From: Phoronis australis
Taxonomy: Eukaryota > Animalia > Phoronida
Reading direction: 5' to 3'
DNA: 64,000 nucleotides
Assembly: GCA_002633005.1 (NCBI GenBank)
Contig: NMRA01000110.1
Location: 687,995-751,994 of the forward strand
A program made the position numbers and the translations under genes. The first letter of the stretch is position 1; each line of letters starts with the position of its first letter. Below the pieces are notes generated by a model. It did no database searches, was not told where the DNA came from, and worked only from the letters and a program-made list of their open reading frames with translations. Positions 37,346 through 52,500 of this stretch are shown one piece after another.

Positions 37346-40300
37346 ATATGCCCAATTGTGCCAATTTGTGTTATCATGCTCCAGCGGCGAAATTAGGGGT
37401 CATTGAGTGCACAAAATTTGGCATTTGGGTTTATGTTAGGATACCAACCCATGTACAAAAAATGAAGTTGTTTTAAATTTTGACGTATAGACTGATTTTT
37501 GAAAATCTACTGGTTTTTATATGGACTGCCTCTTAATTACATAACACTTCTGTCTTATTTGTTAAAAATTATATCGTCTGCAATTCAGATTAGTTCGGTG
37601 AAACTCGACCAGCGGGAAAATTCGGACGATACGCGTAATGTTTCGTTGGATATTATTTCAGCAATGCCACTGTCGGCACTTTTTTCTATTTATCCAAAAT
37701 CGACACACAATTTTGATTGATGCCTCACATTAAATGAATGCTTCATTGTCCTATCCGTTTTGTTTATTTTTGTTTGACCTGATTACGGTCTTGTTTTAGA
37801 ATCACAATAAATTTATGAAATTTCTACCAACACCAAGTTGAACTTTAGTCTTTAACATTTTTAAATGTTAAAGACTTAAAAGTGTTACGGGCACACGTCA
37901 CCAAGTTTAACCTTTGTGCTATGCAGTGTCGTGACGTGCACAGATAGCTCGCTGGGCAGGCTTTGTCTTCCCGCCGGATGCCTTTTAACGCAAGTCACCA
38001 TAGCCTGTAAACTCTAAATGGCATTTATAGACCGGCTTACTGTCAGAGGAATTAGGAGACGTTATAAAAGTGAACAATGAAATGATTCGGATTCGTGACA
38101 ACGACGATATAATTAGTCAAAAATACATGTCGTGGTTTTCACCGCAAGCATACATTTCGTTTTCACCGCAAGACAGGGATCAATGATAAAAGGGTACTTG
38201 GTAGGGCCCAATTTCGGTCTGGACTAAAAATTTGTCAATAGTTAATGTACAGGAAAAGGATATGAGGATAATTATCAACATGTCATTATTTCTCGCTGAC
38301 TGAGACGACAGAGGTATCTGACATGGGTTCAAACCAGAAGTAATGTCTTCCTGATGCAGTGTATATCGGTATTGAGTTAAATATTGTATCTTGCCACTTT
38401 TCATTGCCGGAGCGCGTTTATTTCTCTGGTTTGCCACAAATATCTCACGTAATTTACACCTGAAAATTCATTTTTGTCAGGTATCAAAAATATTTTGAAT
38501 CGCGAGACTCCGACACAAACACCAACAGGAGCTCAAAACATAAAATTTTTAACGGTTTGCGGAATTTAAAGTTCTAGTCTCTTTCGGAAAAAATCTTAGC
38601 TGAAAATTTTGGGACCTGTTTCGCGGTAAATCACGATGTACATGTTTCTTTGTATTTATGCATGAATAGGGCTTACTGTCACTTAAACTTGTTCTATTAA
38701 TCTTCACTTTTTCAATCCTGCGAACATGCATTTTATATAACAGCGAAAGGCAGAGTGACAATCAGACGTTACCCACATATAAGTCGAATGGACCGGTGAA
38801 GAAATGCGTTTTTCGGAGACGAGTAACTTTCCGAATGTAAGACCATTGTCTTACATTCGAATGACGTCGTTACTTCAGGTATAAGGTCAGGCTTATCATA
38901 TGCTGCCCAAACTTTTTGACTCGCATGGACATCATTTTTTCACTCGTAGACGGGCTAACCTTGCTTACGCACGTCATTCCCTGTGTAACGGGAATCGGTG
39001 GAGCGACCAGCACCGATCTAATTAGTTTCTAAAATGTCGACTGTTCGTAGCCGATAAAAATATTTGCAGCGTTGTGTAGTTCTTCACTCGTTCGAATCGC
39101 ATACGAGAGAACCATGGTGACAACTTATAAAGAGTGAAACAAGAGAGAAGATAAGTATACTGAGTTTTATTATGCAAAAAATATGAAACACAAATCTACA
39201 AACTTACAACTCATCGCCAACTTCCGTCGACATCGCAGCTTTGACTTATAACCCAAAGAATTTATAAACAAGAAGAATTCGCTGCAACATGCCAAACTAC
39301 AAATTTAAAAGGCCCAAACAGTTAGTTTGCTTGGTTGGTATTCCTTGCAGATAGAGTCGAGACCCGGCAGAATACGAAGTTTTAGCTTGATGGGCCCATT
39401 TTTATAGGCTTATTCGCACCGCGAATGTTCCAAATTACGCTAAAATAGGGGTCTCAAGTTAAATGTAAAAACCAATCAAAATGGAACTAAAAATTTCGTC
39501 ATCGGAAGTTCCATATAAGGAATTGACCATCTTACACCCCTTTAAAATATAATAACACACTACTGAGTACCTTCTGGAACTAAACTGACGACTCGTCTTC
39601 ACTCACGACTCCACCAATAGACGACGCTCCCGTCAAACCTGCAAGGGGTAAATGAGTGAGGCTCAACCTTGGAATGGATGTGCGACCGTAACTCAAGGCA
39701 GAGGGGTCTGGCTAACATGCACTTTGGAATCACGTGCAGCGGAAGTGTGTAGCCTATTAGATTTTACAATTTTCCCCGCTCAAATGGCCCGAATACAAGC
39801 ATGCGCCTAAGATTCGCACTTAAGCACGACTACACAAATATGCTCATGCGCTCAATTGCGGGTTTTTACGAAAACAAAAACACAAGTTCGTGTCAGAACT
39901 CGCAATTTCGATTTTTCACCGGCAAAATCTCGAGTTTTTGCTCTATTAGAGTGTGTAGCTCAACTGAGGGCTCATGTACTACGAAGTGGACTAGTACACA
40001 CTCGTTTTTGTAGGCCAAGATACACTTAAGTTTAGAATAATAGATAATTATCTTGAGCTCGTGATGAGAACGGGAAATGTTAAAACTAGTAATCTCGAGG
40101 ACGAATGAGAAAAATTAGCGCCCGCCGGGTAGGACCCTCAGTGGTTAACCGTTGAGTCACGAACAGCGAGACGAGTAAACCGTTTTATGTAATATGTATC
40201 GTCACAAATTGTCCTGATTAGGCCTATGGCAGAGCTCGTAACTTATTGATTCACTCGTCTGTGCAGGATAGGATGTATAGTAGGCCTACTGAGCCCGTCG

Positions 40301-40501
40301 ACGCCGTACTGATATGGCTGCACAGAGCTTGCCGTAAACGAATGACATAAGTCGACATCATCATCGCCGGTCAAGTCGTGAAGCATGAAGATTACCTGTA
40401 GCACACTACAGAAGGCGCTGTAAATACAGGTGTTGCATAGTTTGTATATAAATAGATTCCATTGATAACCAGTACGCGACGCCTTCGTTGTGGGGAACAC
40501 G

Positions 40502-40594
40502 ATGACGAACCTACGGCTGAGGCAAGCCTCTATATTTCTCATAGCATGGAGCGCGTACGGATCGACATACTTCCTTAGAAAGCCTGTCGGCGTG
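40502..40594 (+). CDS. SLC37A: SLC37-like exon 1
   Basis: MTNLRLRQASIFLIAWSAYGSTYFLRKPVGV|gtaagt. Confidence 0.87.
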
Positions 40595-43500
40595 GTAAGT
40601 CTTGTTCATAGCGTTATGGTGTAGTTCAGCAATTGACAACGCGACTGTCTCAAATGGATCTTTACGAGTAGCTCTTGATAGCAGCCATCACATACTCGAA
40701 TCTAAGGCCAGCCATTCTATGATGGCAATCAGTCGTGTGTTATACACAATTAAGAATAATGGCTGTAAGTGATCGTCTCTTAAAACGTATGGTGGACTGT
40801 GGGCGCAGACCAACTGGCGCCCTCAAAATACAATGTAAGCAGTAGTAGGCACCTGTGATCAAATGGCTGAAATATGACCGGGGTTCACCCTAAGGTCCAG
40901 GGCAGACATCGAGCTACGGCCCTCGAGTGCATTGCTTAGCTCATTCCTCATGTCACAATGAACGAAATGCTTCCCGAGGGGGCGAGGTGAATGTCTCCGT
41001 TCTTGGCTTTGTTTAATTGTTTCCCGAGTGCATGGCCTAGTCGTGACAGATGAGCGAGTTGAGCTTAGTGCTTAGCCGATAACTGTCGGTAGCCATTGAA
41101 AATTAGTTATTTCATCACCTGATAACCACATTGTTGCTGTACCCGCCATGTGCTTCGCTTCTTTCGGGTACTGATAAAATGCGCCAGGTAGCCAGCTGAG
41201 GTCGTTGCTTTTGGGTGAAATCAGTCTTGTTCGACTGTACCTATCGAGTAAAGTCGTGAACGACGAGATAGGTCATGTCCGATTTTGCCTGCATCTTTGA
41301 CCGGTATATTCCGATTCAAAACCTATAGGAAGATTGTTCATATAGACAAAAAGGCTTTAGTTTTGAACAAAACACCTGTGAAAATATAAAATGCACAGTT
41401 CTAACGTGTTGACACAGCTAAAACCGTGTCAGTGAATAGCATTTTGAACACTCGGGTATTTTGGTAGTCTCAAATTTGGGACTTTGAGAGCTACGAAAAT
41501 ACCCGAATGGATGACTGATTAACAAAGATACTGTATCAACTATCATATCTTTGTGATTAATGACTGCAACTAGATTTGGTCCACAAGGATGGCACACGCA
41601 GTTGTTCAAACAGACCATATTGTCAAGTAGGTCATGTTGTTCTATATCACCTGAAGAGAGTGCTTATAGCAATAGATAATAAACTGTTGAGTGTTGACGA
41701 TCGCCGTCTTGTTTTGACTGAGCACTGATTTAGCTTATGCGATAAATCGCATTACTTTTATGACATATATCTTGCGATTGAGAAGTGGCTAGCACTGCAG
41801 TGGCTGTGCGACATACATGTATGGCCAGGTTGANGAATGGATGACTGATTAACAAAGATACTGTATCAACTATCATATCTTTGTGATTAATGACTGCAAC
41901 TAGATTTGGTCCACAAGGATGGCACATGCAGTTGTTCAAACAGACCATATTGTCAAGTAGGTCATGTTGTTCTATATCACCTGAAGAGTGTGCTTATAGC
42001 AATAGATAATAAACTGTTGAGTGTTGACGATCGCCGTCTTGTTTTGACTGAGCACTGATTTAGCTTATGCGATAAATCGCATTACTTTTATGACATATAT
42101 CTTGCGATTGAGAAGTGGCTAGCACTGCAGTGGCTGTGCGACATACATGTATGGCCAGGTTGATAACTGTGTTCAGGACGTAAATAATGTTGTAGGTGGT
42201 ATTTGTGGAAAAGGGGTCACTTCCAAGTCATTTCTTAGATTGTAAAATGTATTTCATAAGTAGCCATTCAGAATTTTGAACGCAGTTATTAAGGCCAACG
42301 AAATAGCCAAACAAATGGATACCACGCACGTGTCACGAGGATTGAGTACGCATAATAAATGGGTGTCTAGTTATTACACTGGTTTGTTGTATATTTTATG
42401 ACCTCACCCGTGGTAACATTCGTTGTCATTTTCTTGTGGGAGTGCCTTACGTTCGTAGAAGATTGTACATTTTCTACCATGTTTTGATCAAACCGTGAGC
42501 AAAACCTTCCAAAAATGATAACAGATCATTATGTAAGCAAATTCAGTTTGCATCGCCTTCGCTTCGGTAACATGCGAGACGTCAATGCTTTACGGAGTCA
42601 GTGCAATCAGTGCGTACCCTGGCTGGCAAAATGCAAGACTTCTCGTGACATATCCAAGTTCTTTCGCGGATGTCGTTTAGGGTCTGCGGAGCACAGCACT
42701 GGCAGGCCCTCGGCATAGACGCGAGAACCTCGCGAAAAAGGAAAGACACGCAGGACCTCGCGAGATATCGCCATGCATTTCGTGAAAATTGTGTGATCAT
42801 ACTAGCTTCCTTCGCGTTTTTGCGCCTATGGCTCTGAGTCTGATCTGTAAATTTTTCTTCTGTATTTGTACGCCATTTTGTATTCCCCTTATTGGAGAGC
42901 TAAGCTTTCCGACATTTTTAATCGGACCCGTGTTACTTGACCTCGGTAGAACTTGTCTCAAAAAGAACGCCCTTTTGCCATTGTGATATTTTCGGAAGTA
43001 AACTAATTGATCTGTTGATGCTTGCAGATAAAGTCCGACTTACAGACCGACCTTCAACTAACAAACTCCCAGCTGGGTATGTTAGACACTTCCCTCCTCT
43101 TGCCGTACGCACTGATGCAGGTGAGTCAATCAATAGCTACACACCTGGTCGCACATCGTGGCAAACACAGTTCGAACTATCTGCAACTACATGTCGCTTA
43201 GACTTAATAAATAAATATATTTTCCCGATCAATTACTTCCCCGCGACTAATTATTGTCGGTATTCGTCATTTCACCTTTATTTGCAGCTTTTTCGTTTGA
43301 ATCAAAAGTCGGGGCATTGTCACTATTTTATCGTGTTGTGTTGCTATAGCATTTGCAGTAAATTTCACGCAGTGTAATGGTTCGTATGCTGCTGAATTGT
43401 GACAAAAACGATTTATTTCATTTTGTTAAAACCAAAGTTTTCTTTCTAATGTTCGACTACCTACGAAATTTCCTCCATTTCCATGTGCCCCTTATTTACG

Positions 43501-46500
43501 GTAAAGTCAGTGAGCTTGCCCCTGTCCAAGTCACCTCCTGTGTCTCAAAATTGGTCCCTATTTCAGATGATCCTGGGACCCATCGGTGATAAGATTGGTG
43601 CTCGGATTACGTACGGTTGTAGCCTCATCTTGGCCGGACTGTCTATGGTGAGCTCTGAAACGGGCCTGCTGATACACGATATATTTTCTGCCTCAAATTT
43701 TGGTTGGATTCTTGTCGCTTTGCTCGGTTCTACAAGCTTAACATAATTGATCTCTGGCCTAATTAGGTCATTTATGAAGATCTGCATTTTACTGAAAAAC
43801 CGCCACTGTTTATTCTGTAACGAATTGCAAATAGATCTGGAATCAACAAAACACCGTTGATTGCATGTTCAGCTAGTCTGGTGTCGAACGCATGAACTTT
43901 GGAAATGATCACAGCGATCAATCACGTGACTTCCGTCATCTCTTAAACATTGCTTGCATATAAATTACATGTCATGAAAGTACCATCGAAGATAAAGAAA
44001 TTTATCAGTACTGGACACTTTATGTCCTATTTTTAATATTACTTCTTGCACTGGAGACGCGCCTGATTGCTCTGTTAATAGAAAAGTGTAAAATGTTTTT
44101 CTTATAGTTTACCAGAATGGAGAAATTTTCTCTGCAAACAAAAAAAAAACAATAACTCTAGTAATTATCTTTGCGCATAATATATTCTGGTAGTGCCAAT
44201 CATGTATTCTAATTTCGTATCCTGATGTTTGCACTCTGGTGTGGCTTGTGTAAAATAACCTTGACAATTCTTATCGGCTCTAACGTCAATATGTAGTAAA
44301 ATATTAAGTATGGGAACGGCCGCCCATAATTAAGTTTTACCAGAGTCGTGTTTCTTTAAACTTTGCCTTTAGTTGTCTTTGAGCCGAGCACGCTCCCTCG
44401 TGTATTGCGCTCAACCAAATCGATGGTACACCTATTTGTGAAGTCTTTGTTCTTTTCCAGTGTACTTTCGGACAGTTCAGCAGTCTCCTCATCTTCATGA
44501 TTCTCTTGTTCATAAATGGCTCAGCACAGGTAGTACACAACTTTCCTAAGATATCGAAAACTGACTCGCTTTACATGGCTTTCGTTTAGGTCTTGTTGCT
44601 TTTTTCACGGAGCATCACAAACATTTTTAAGTCCGATCTGCAAGCCATGTGTTGGCCCCATCACTTGCTCTAATGAACATAAGTCTGCCCTTCCTAAAGT
44701 TCTCCGAGATTCCATTTGGCAGTTCGGGGGTGCGAATGTCTGACGGGCAAAATTCTGGCTAATACTCTGCCCTAGCCCCCCCCAAATCAAAATCCTGAAT
44801 CCGCCCCTGGACTGGGACTCTAACCCGAGGCCTTCTGCTGTGTTCTGGTGATGTGGCCAGCAGGTGTCTGCTGACTAGATTTAAATATGTATATGCTCTA
44901 TATTTTTACGCGGGTTCAAGATTTACGTATTTATATCCAGGATGTATAGGACACTAAAATACAACTTGACATATATTGCTATACATGTCGTCACCGGTGC
45001 TGAGGAGTGTTCTCTTTTTCGAATTTATAAACAATTGTTATTAGAGTTTGAAATGTTCCTACCTCAATATTTCCATGGCTTGTTCGTGCTAACGCCTGTA
45101 TTGGATGAAAGACATTTTTGTCATGTTTGTGGGAAACGGCTTTATCGAACCTGCGTACGTTGGGAGCCTCACTACTGAATAGGAAGGGGTAAGATAACCC
45201 CTGGAGGGCGAAACATTCATAGTAGTGTGAATCGCATCATCAAACAAGGGGATTTGGAGCCATTATGAATTATACCTACAAGTCTTCAAATGATTCTACA
45301 ATGACCAAAAGTGAAGGCAGTGCGCGAAGTATTGCTGGGCACTCAATTGTAAAATACGTATCATCCACAAAACGAACTCTTAAAATGCAGATACAACCAA
45401 TGTCTAGTATCTCTCAATATACCAATTTGAAGTCGTATAACCCACTCCTCATTTTATTGAAGCAGCTGATAATAAAAATGTTTACTTAGATAAGCTATAT
45501 CGAAGGACATGCGCCTGATAACTATTGACGTGGCCGACATCTGTTGTTCGAAAAAGCAACTAGTGAACGGTGTCCACAGCCTGATAGTCTTGGCAAGAGT
45601 GAAAACATGGAAACCTTTGCCCGAATTTATCTCTGAGGACGCCTGAAAGATACACTTTCAGTTCTTTCAAACTGTTGTCTTTCCAAGTCGCTTCTGAAAA
45701 ATCTGGGCGCTTTATCGAAAATCTTCGGAAGCACCTGTGATGTTTATAAGTAGCGCACGGCGATCGGAGTTTTGCAATCAAGTTAACGCTCAAGTATGCA
45801 CGTAAAGTGGTATTTTGCTGAAGAGTGGCACCACACTTGCTCTTTTTGGTCTTCAGTTTGAATAGGACAAGACAACCCCGCCCCCATGTGGGAGAGAACC
45901 TCCACAATACGCTGTCAGATTGTTTGAATATGCTTGCACAAGTGTTCTGTAAGCGCTACTTGTTTCTACCGATGACGAGCGTGCCAATGTTCCACGTGTC
46001 CATACCTTGACGTTCTCCTTCATTTGCAGTCGCAGTGTTGGCCAAATTGTACAAAAGGTCTTGGCGCCTGGTTTCCCGACAGTTCCCGGGACAAAGTGTT
46101 CGGTCTGTTCGGCACATCGGCGTTTGTCGGTGGCGCGCTAGGATCTGCTTTGGCGGTAAGAAGGTTTAGTCAAAACAAGTGCACGTGCTTTGTCGTAGTA
46201 ACGCCTTTGTCCTCTTCACTGGTTTTTCTAGAAATCTGATTTTGATCTCAAAATTTTCGCACTAATGTAGCTTCGATCTCAGATAACTGTACAGTTTGAA
46301 TGGACACCACAGTTTGAATGGTTATCACAGTTTGTATGGTAGTAGGCCCCGCTGTAGCCTAAATATTCGAGCGGTAACATTTTTGTCCATATATGACCAC
46401 CCCTGTCAAACGTTGACTTCTGCACCCTCCGAGGGTCACATGAAGCTATACCTATACTCAGATATAATCATGGGCCTATACTTGAATTTAAACAATATGG

Positions 46501-49500
46501 ATCGAGCATACGAAACTCTGGAGCATAAATTCAAAGAACATTTTTAAATAGCACGTGTAAATTAGATTCACTTATCCGCTACAAAAAGTAGATGTTGGTT
46601 TGTTATCTGAAAATAAGCTTATTAACTGGAAGATGCTAATAATTATAAAACACAAAATGCCTTGAAATAACGCGTTGTTTCGGATGTAGGTGCTTGAGCC
46701 TAAATGGGGTCATGACGTCACACGTTGTGAATGCAAGTACATGTTGAGGTTAAGCGATTCACTTCATATGACCGAACTACCCATATTGTCTTCCGCAGGT
46801 CTACTTACAGTCGTACTGGTCCTGGAGGTCCTGTTTCTTTATACCGTCTTCCATCGTGGTACGTATTCATACGCGTTACGCGTCTTGTAGACGTGCTGTA
46901 TGCCGGGCTACAGAGGTGTGAGACTTCGGGAAACACTTGTCATGAACGTGACCTTACCGCTGGCCTTTTATTGTCACAATGCAAATTTTACGATATGAGG
47001 CCTCATAAATGTTTTGTACTTTAAATGCGCGCACCCAGGGNNNNNNNNNNAACCCCCCCCCCACCCCAGTTGGCGAAGTGGTTAATAAGGTCCGCCTCAG
47101 TGAAACAAAAATTCCGAGAAAACGAGACAAAAGTCCACTAAATAGGCCCAAACGCACAGTTCACAGATCTGAAGGTGGTACCCCGTTTTTTTTTAGTTAT
47201 CCCGCTTTTTTGTTAGCAAAACGTCCACTTTGTCAGGGATTCGAGCCCCCCCCATATTAAAGGCTGGGTGCGCGCATGCTTTGCTATGATTTCTACTACT
47301 AAACGTTTTCAGACACAAGGCCTAACCAGTATTGATCCATTAGATCAACATTGCAACTCGCTATTAGGCGTTCAGTTCGCACAGTATCGTTCTTACTAAA
47401 TCACGTGACTGCCAGATATAAATGACACAGGTCATTCTTCAAAACCAAGTGTTACAAAGATCATTGATCGCTATATATCTTGCTTAAAGTTGTGGTCCTG
47501 TTTAGATTCCGAGCTAAAAACTCGAATAGAGTTAAACCATTTGCTCTCATAAAATTAGCATCATAGGATTCTATTCCCGTTACCAATAAGACCATCGTTT
47601 CAGACTTCCTTGGGTTGGGCAAATCTAAAATTGAGAATTTGAAAATGGCGCAGGTACGCATTGCCTGTGACCTGAATAAGTAATGGAAACAATGTTATTA
47701 ATGTTGTGAGACAAAATTTTATGAGATTATGAATCCTACTCCATTTTCGTTTTAACGAACGTAACCAGAAGGAGTACTGCATTACCTCACATTATGGCTG
47801 ATCTGCTTCTTTGTGCACTCTTCTCTAAAACGCCAAAACGAATTATTTTTAAATTCGTCCACCTTTACTTGAGGACAATCATTGAAAACAGGACTTTTGT
47901 GAAGCTGCATTAAACGAAAACGAACTGTATCAATGTTTTTGAGATTGCATTTTGAACATTTTATATGAAATAAAACTTGATCGTGTTATTGATACTGCTT
48001 ATTTGCTAACAATATACTTTAAATTTCCCTTTCGCTTAATTTATCTAAAAAGACGTTATCAGTTGGCTCCAGTAATTTCAGATTGGTAAAGCGTCAAACA
48101 TCAAATTCTACAGGCTTTTATCGAGCAAAAATCTGTAGTTTTATTTAAATTTGGCTAAATAGACGTGCATAGACTTGTCAGTAAGATCCTGCATAACTTA
48201 TAAATATGAAGACATTTCTTGTATGAGGAGCCAGTATGCCTATACACGAAATCCTCAATTAAATTGGAGACTTAATCGTTCCCGGTCGACATTCTGGAAC
48301 GCTGGATGTTACCTATATATTGTCGGTGTATAACAGGTAAACGTGTGGAACGGTTAAGTGTTTTACCTACATGGTATTGTAACATGTTTGCACCGTGTTT
48401 GAAAAACTCTGAGCCATGTTTGAAATCTCATGCCACGTTTAAAAAGACAGGGTTTCAAGAAAAATGATTGGAACTAGATTTGGATAGTGGAACTTGTTTT
48501 TATAACTTTGCAGCCAAAAAGATAACATGTCCAGGAAGTGAAAATAATGTTTTGTTTTTCTGAATTAGCAGCAAGAGAATAAGGATACGAAAACAGGAAG
48601 AGTTGCCCAGTCTTTTAATACGTGTATACGTAATAAGAAAGAAGTTAGACCGCTGAAATTGATAGACTATAGAGACTGGGATATAAAAGACTGATATCCA
48701 TGCACGCATGATATCCATGCGCGTATGATATCGACGCCACTTTTCATTTGAACTGGCGGCTATTTAATACTCATGTTTCCAGATCAAGCACAGTTCTTTT
48801 CATCGTTGACGATGTTACCGAAATGCAATGACGCAGCGATAAATGTTTTTGAGATGTCAATCGTTCTACACGCCATTCTCACCACTCGTTTTCTCAATCT
48901 TCTCTCTGGCATGTGTCCTTGATTATCTGAGAACAGTCATCTCCGCTAATCAGATTTACTCTGAGCCTGTAGTTTGCCATTTCGGATTGACCTAATTAAC
49001 ATTACGTGGGTCTTTAATTCCTATTCAAGATTCAAGAAGCTTTATTTAACGTCGTTCGGAGAACAGATTAACATTAGCCAGTTGGGCTTTAATACGACAT
49101 TAAATTTAACAGAAAACATGAAGAAAATGGAACTTAAGCTAGAGGTGGAGAATAACACAGAGATATAATTGTAAATAAAAGAAAAGTTGTCGTAATCGCT
49201 AAACTATATACTAGCTAGGGTCAAATGAGCATAAACGATACTAGTGGGTACACGTGTAAATGCTATAATCTAGATAAATCGTAAGAGATACGTGTGTATA
49301 CACTAATTACAGCATCTGGAGTGTTTACAAAGAGAACAGCTGCATTTAGGGCTAGTCCAGGTCCGAATCAGTCCACGGAAAATGGTGAAAGACTCTGTTG
49401 TGCGCTGCAGATTCGGTAGACTGTTCCGAAGCTGCGCCGCCCATCGCACTATAGGGGACTGGGGCTATTGCACCCACTCATTTCAGTGCTGCGTCCATGT

Positions 49501-52500
49501 TAATTACCTTCAGAATAGGGCACGTAAGCTCCGCCTACTAGAAGGATGACTGAACACCCATGCAGGGCTCCAACACCTATGATAATCTTAACCTTTATCT
49601 TGTGCAAGGTGTTTTATAAGTGGTGATCTTATTAATGAGAATGTTTATCCCTGTCTGTCCCTAGGCTGGCCTCGGTGTCATCGTCCTGCTTTTCTTCATT
49701 GAACCGGGCGATGTAGGAGTTGAGATCCCTGATAAAGGTTTGTCTTCAGTCTGGTCATCGGCTGTCAGTGTGCCCTGTGTCCCTGTCTTAAGTTATGTCA
49801 CAGTGATTCTTTGTAACTTATTACACCGTCCTCGTCGTCTGCTAATCACCTCCAGATGTCGCTGTCAAGCTCATTACATGCAGTTATGTAACCGATGGTC
49901 CCAACACTCATTTACTATGAGGAGACTGCCCAGCTAGTTGAAACAGGATGAGGTATATACAAAACAAACCTGTCACACCGTGACTAAATTGTTCCCAGCC
50001 GCCTCGAGATATACGCATTTTTGATACATTGAATCTATGTGGTAACGAATCTTTGCCTGTAGAACAAGTCAGGTCAATATCTTTGCAACATGTATCTGAA
50101 ATAATCACTCAATTACAATTAAAAAATCGAAATGAAAAAGTCTCAGTTGATGCTACACTCCGGTGTTTCATGATATGACCTTGAAAGCAAAGCCAAGGTT
50201 ACTAAAATGGAGTAGCGCCTGAACATGCTTCGGCTGCATCTCAATACTAAATGAGAACAAAATTTAACCTTCCTTCTAAGGGTATCGCGGTCGTGAAAAT
50301 TATGTGACCCTCGCGCTAATACGCGGCGGGGTTTGTAACTATACATGATGTGCAAACGACGAGAGACAACTGCATGCAATCGGCGTGTGTGAAACAAAAA
50401 ACAACTATCAGTGATGCGAAAAAATGTTGGGTGGAACTGACAGGGTAATCTGAATTGCCCCCAATAGACTTTCATGTTCAAAGCAATGAAAATCAATGTA
50501 ATTATATTGTCAATAATATTTTTCTATAGTTTACTGCTGTATTTGTCATGTTGGATAGTTTCAATATGACATTAATTAAACAAATGTAGACTTAAATTTG
50601 CACAAAATTGTTGTTCGCCGGTCGTCCTTACTCTCTTCCCGTTAGCAACGCGGGANGTCAGGTCAATGTCTTTGCAACATGTATCTGAAATAATCACTCA
50701 ATTACAATTAAAAAAATCGAAATGAAAAAGTCTCAGTTGATGCTACACTCCAGTGTTTCATGATAAGCAAAGCCAAGGTTACTAAAATGGAGTAGCGCCT
50801 GAACATGCTTCGGCTGCATCTCAATACTAAATGAGAACAAAATTTAACCTTCCTTCTTAGGGTATCACGGTCGTGAAAATTATGTGACCCTCGCGCTAAT
50901 ACGCGGCGGGGTTTGTAACTATACATGATGTGCAAACGACGAGAGACAACTGCATGCAATCGGCGTGTGTGAAACAAAAAACAACTATCAGTGATGCGAA
51001 AAAATGTTGGGTGGAACTGACAGGGTAATCTGAATTGCCCCCAATAGACTTTCATGTTCAAAGCAATGAAAATCAATGTAATTACATTGTCAATAATATT
51101 TTTCTATAGTTTACTGCTGTATTTGTCATGTTGGATAGTTTCAATATGACATTAATTAAACAAATGTAGACTTAAATTTGCACAAAATTGTTGTTCGCCG
51201 GTCGTCCTTACTCTCTTCCCGTTAGCAACGCGGGAAAAATATATTTGCCAAGGTTTTGGTCATTTTTAGGAGTCGTGGATGACAAACCTGCAGTACTGTC
51301 TTGCCTAGAGACCCAGCCTGCTGTCTGGAAGTTGTGAATTTTGTTCTCTACTTTGCAAAATGTCATTATTATAGGCAACACTTTTCAGTTATTCTAGCTT
51401 AAAAATAATGAGCACAGCAGCTTCGGAAATTATTTACTGTTGCTAACGGACACCTGAATGTTTCCACACAAGGCGGGAGTTTTTTTGCAATTTAGCATTT
51501 GACGAGGTCCAGTAGGCAGACTGGCAAAGCTGCTGTCCACCACGTTTAGCTTACTGGAAAGGAAAATTGAATTTGGTTTTCTCTCTGATAACATCGGTCT
51601 CATTACATTCCTTACTGTAATAGGGTCCTATTCCCGCGTCCACCAAGATTGAAACCACCAGTCAGTCAGTTGGTCAATCCTAAAATTGCGAATTCGAAAA
51701 TGGAACATGTGTGTGCATTGTTTGTGACTGAGTTACTTAACGGAATTCTAAGGAACATGAGAGTACATGTAAGACCCCTATTCGATTTTGGTCTTAGCTA
51801 TCTAAACAGGGCGAAATGTTGGTGGAGAGGGTCTCGGAGCTAGACTTTGCGGAGAAACGTTGAGGGCGAGGTTTGAGTTATTCATAATGGCGAGATGGAT
51901 AAGTAGATATGTCTTGGTTTTACGTTTTGGACACGACTTTCAGGTAGTAGTGCTGCAGCCTCTGAGAAATCGACACAGCAGAACGCCATGTCGTTTAAAG
52001 AAGTCGCCAAAATAATGTAAGTAGTTCTTATCATCCCAGTCACGTGATGGCTTGTAGCTTTGCCATTGTAAAGTTAGAGTTTCGTAGATTGCTTCGTCTC
52101 TGAAAAAGATTTTTATTGGTTTTACTGCCTGCATTGTTGTTGTACTGGATACACGTTTTGAAGTTTTTGGGTTTGATCAAATCTGTGAGTAACAAAATTC
52201 CACGTGTTTTGTGATTTGATTACAAATCTCCTATTCTCACAGTTGTCTGTGAGACATTTAGAGAAATGATCAGATGCTCGTCTCTCTCCTATAGAATAAG
52301 TTACACTGTCAGTAATACACGGTTGTCAGGCAAAGCGAACGAACTGGCCCAACACGACATAGTCATTTGGCAAATTTAGGTTTGACGTCAAAGTCGTGTT
52401 AGAAGGAGGCAACCATGTTCAAATCCTTTTTGGCAAACCTCTCCATAAACGTACAGATTTGCAAATCTTAAATGTTTACCTTTGCTACGATAGCCAGGTA

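Noticed and set aside
36078-37406. Long ORFs of 321-428 aa (likewise the ORFs at 3106-3546)
   Set aside because: Their length comes from N runs. Only the 36078-36429 part is informative (transposase relic).
41505-42163. Tandem duplication as a real event; faint resemblance of the minus strand to a LINE endonuclease
   Set aside because: The single-N junction and near identity indicate unmerged overlapping contig ends. The protein similarity is too weak to support.
50068-51235. Duplicated 117/122-aa ORFs as paralogous genes
   Set aside because: Intronic, antisense, non-ATG starts; the duplication is joined by a single N and looks like two haplotypes
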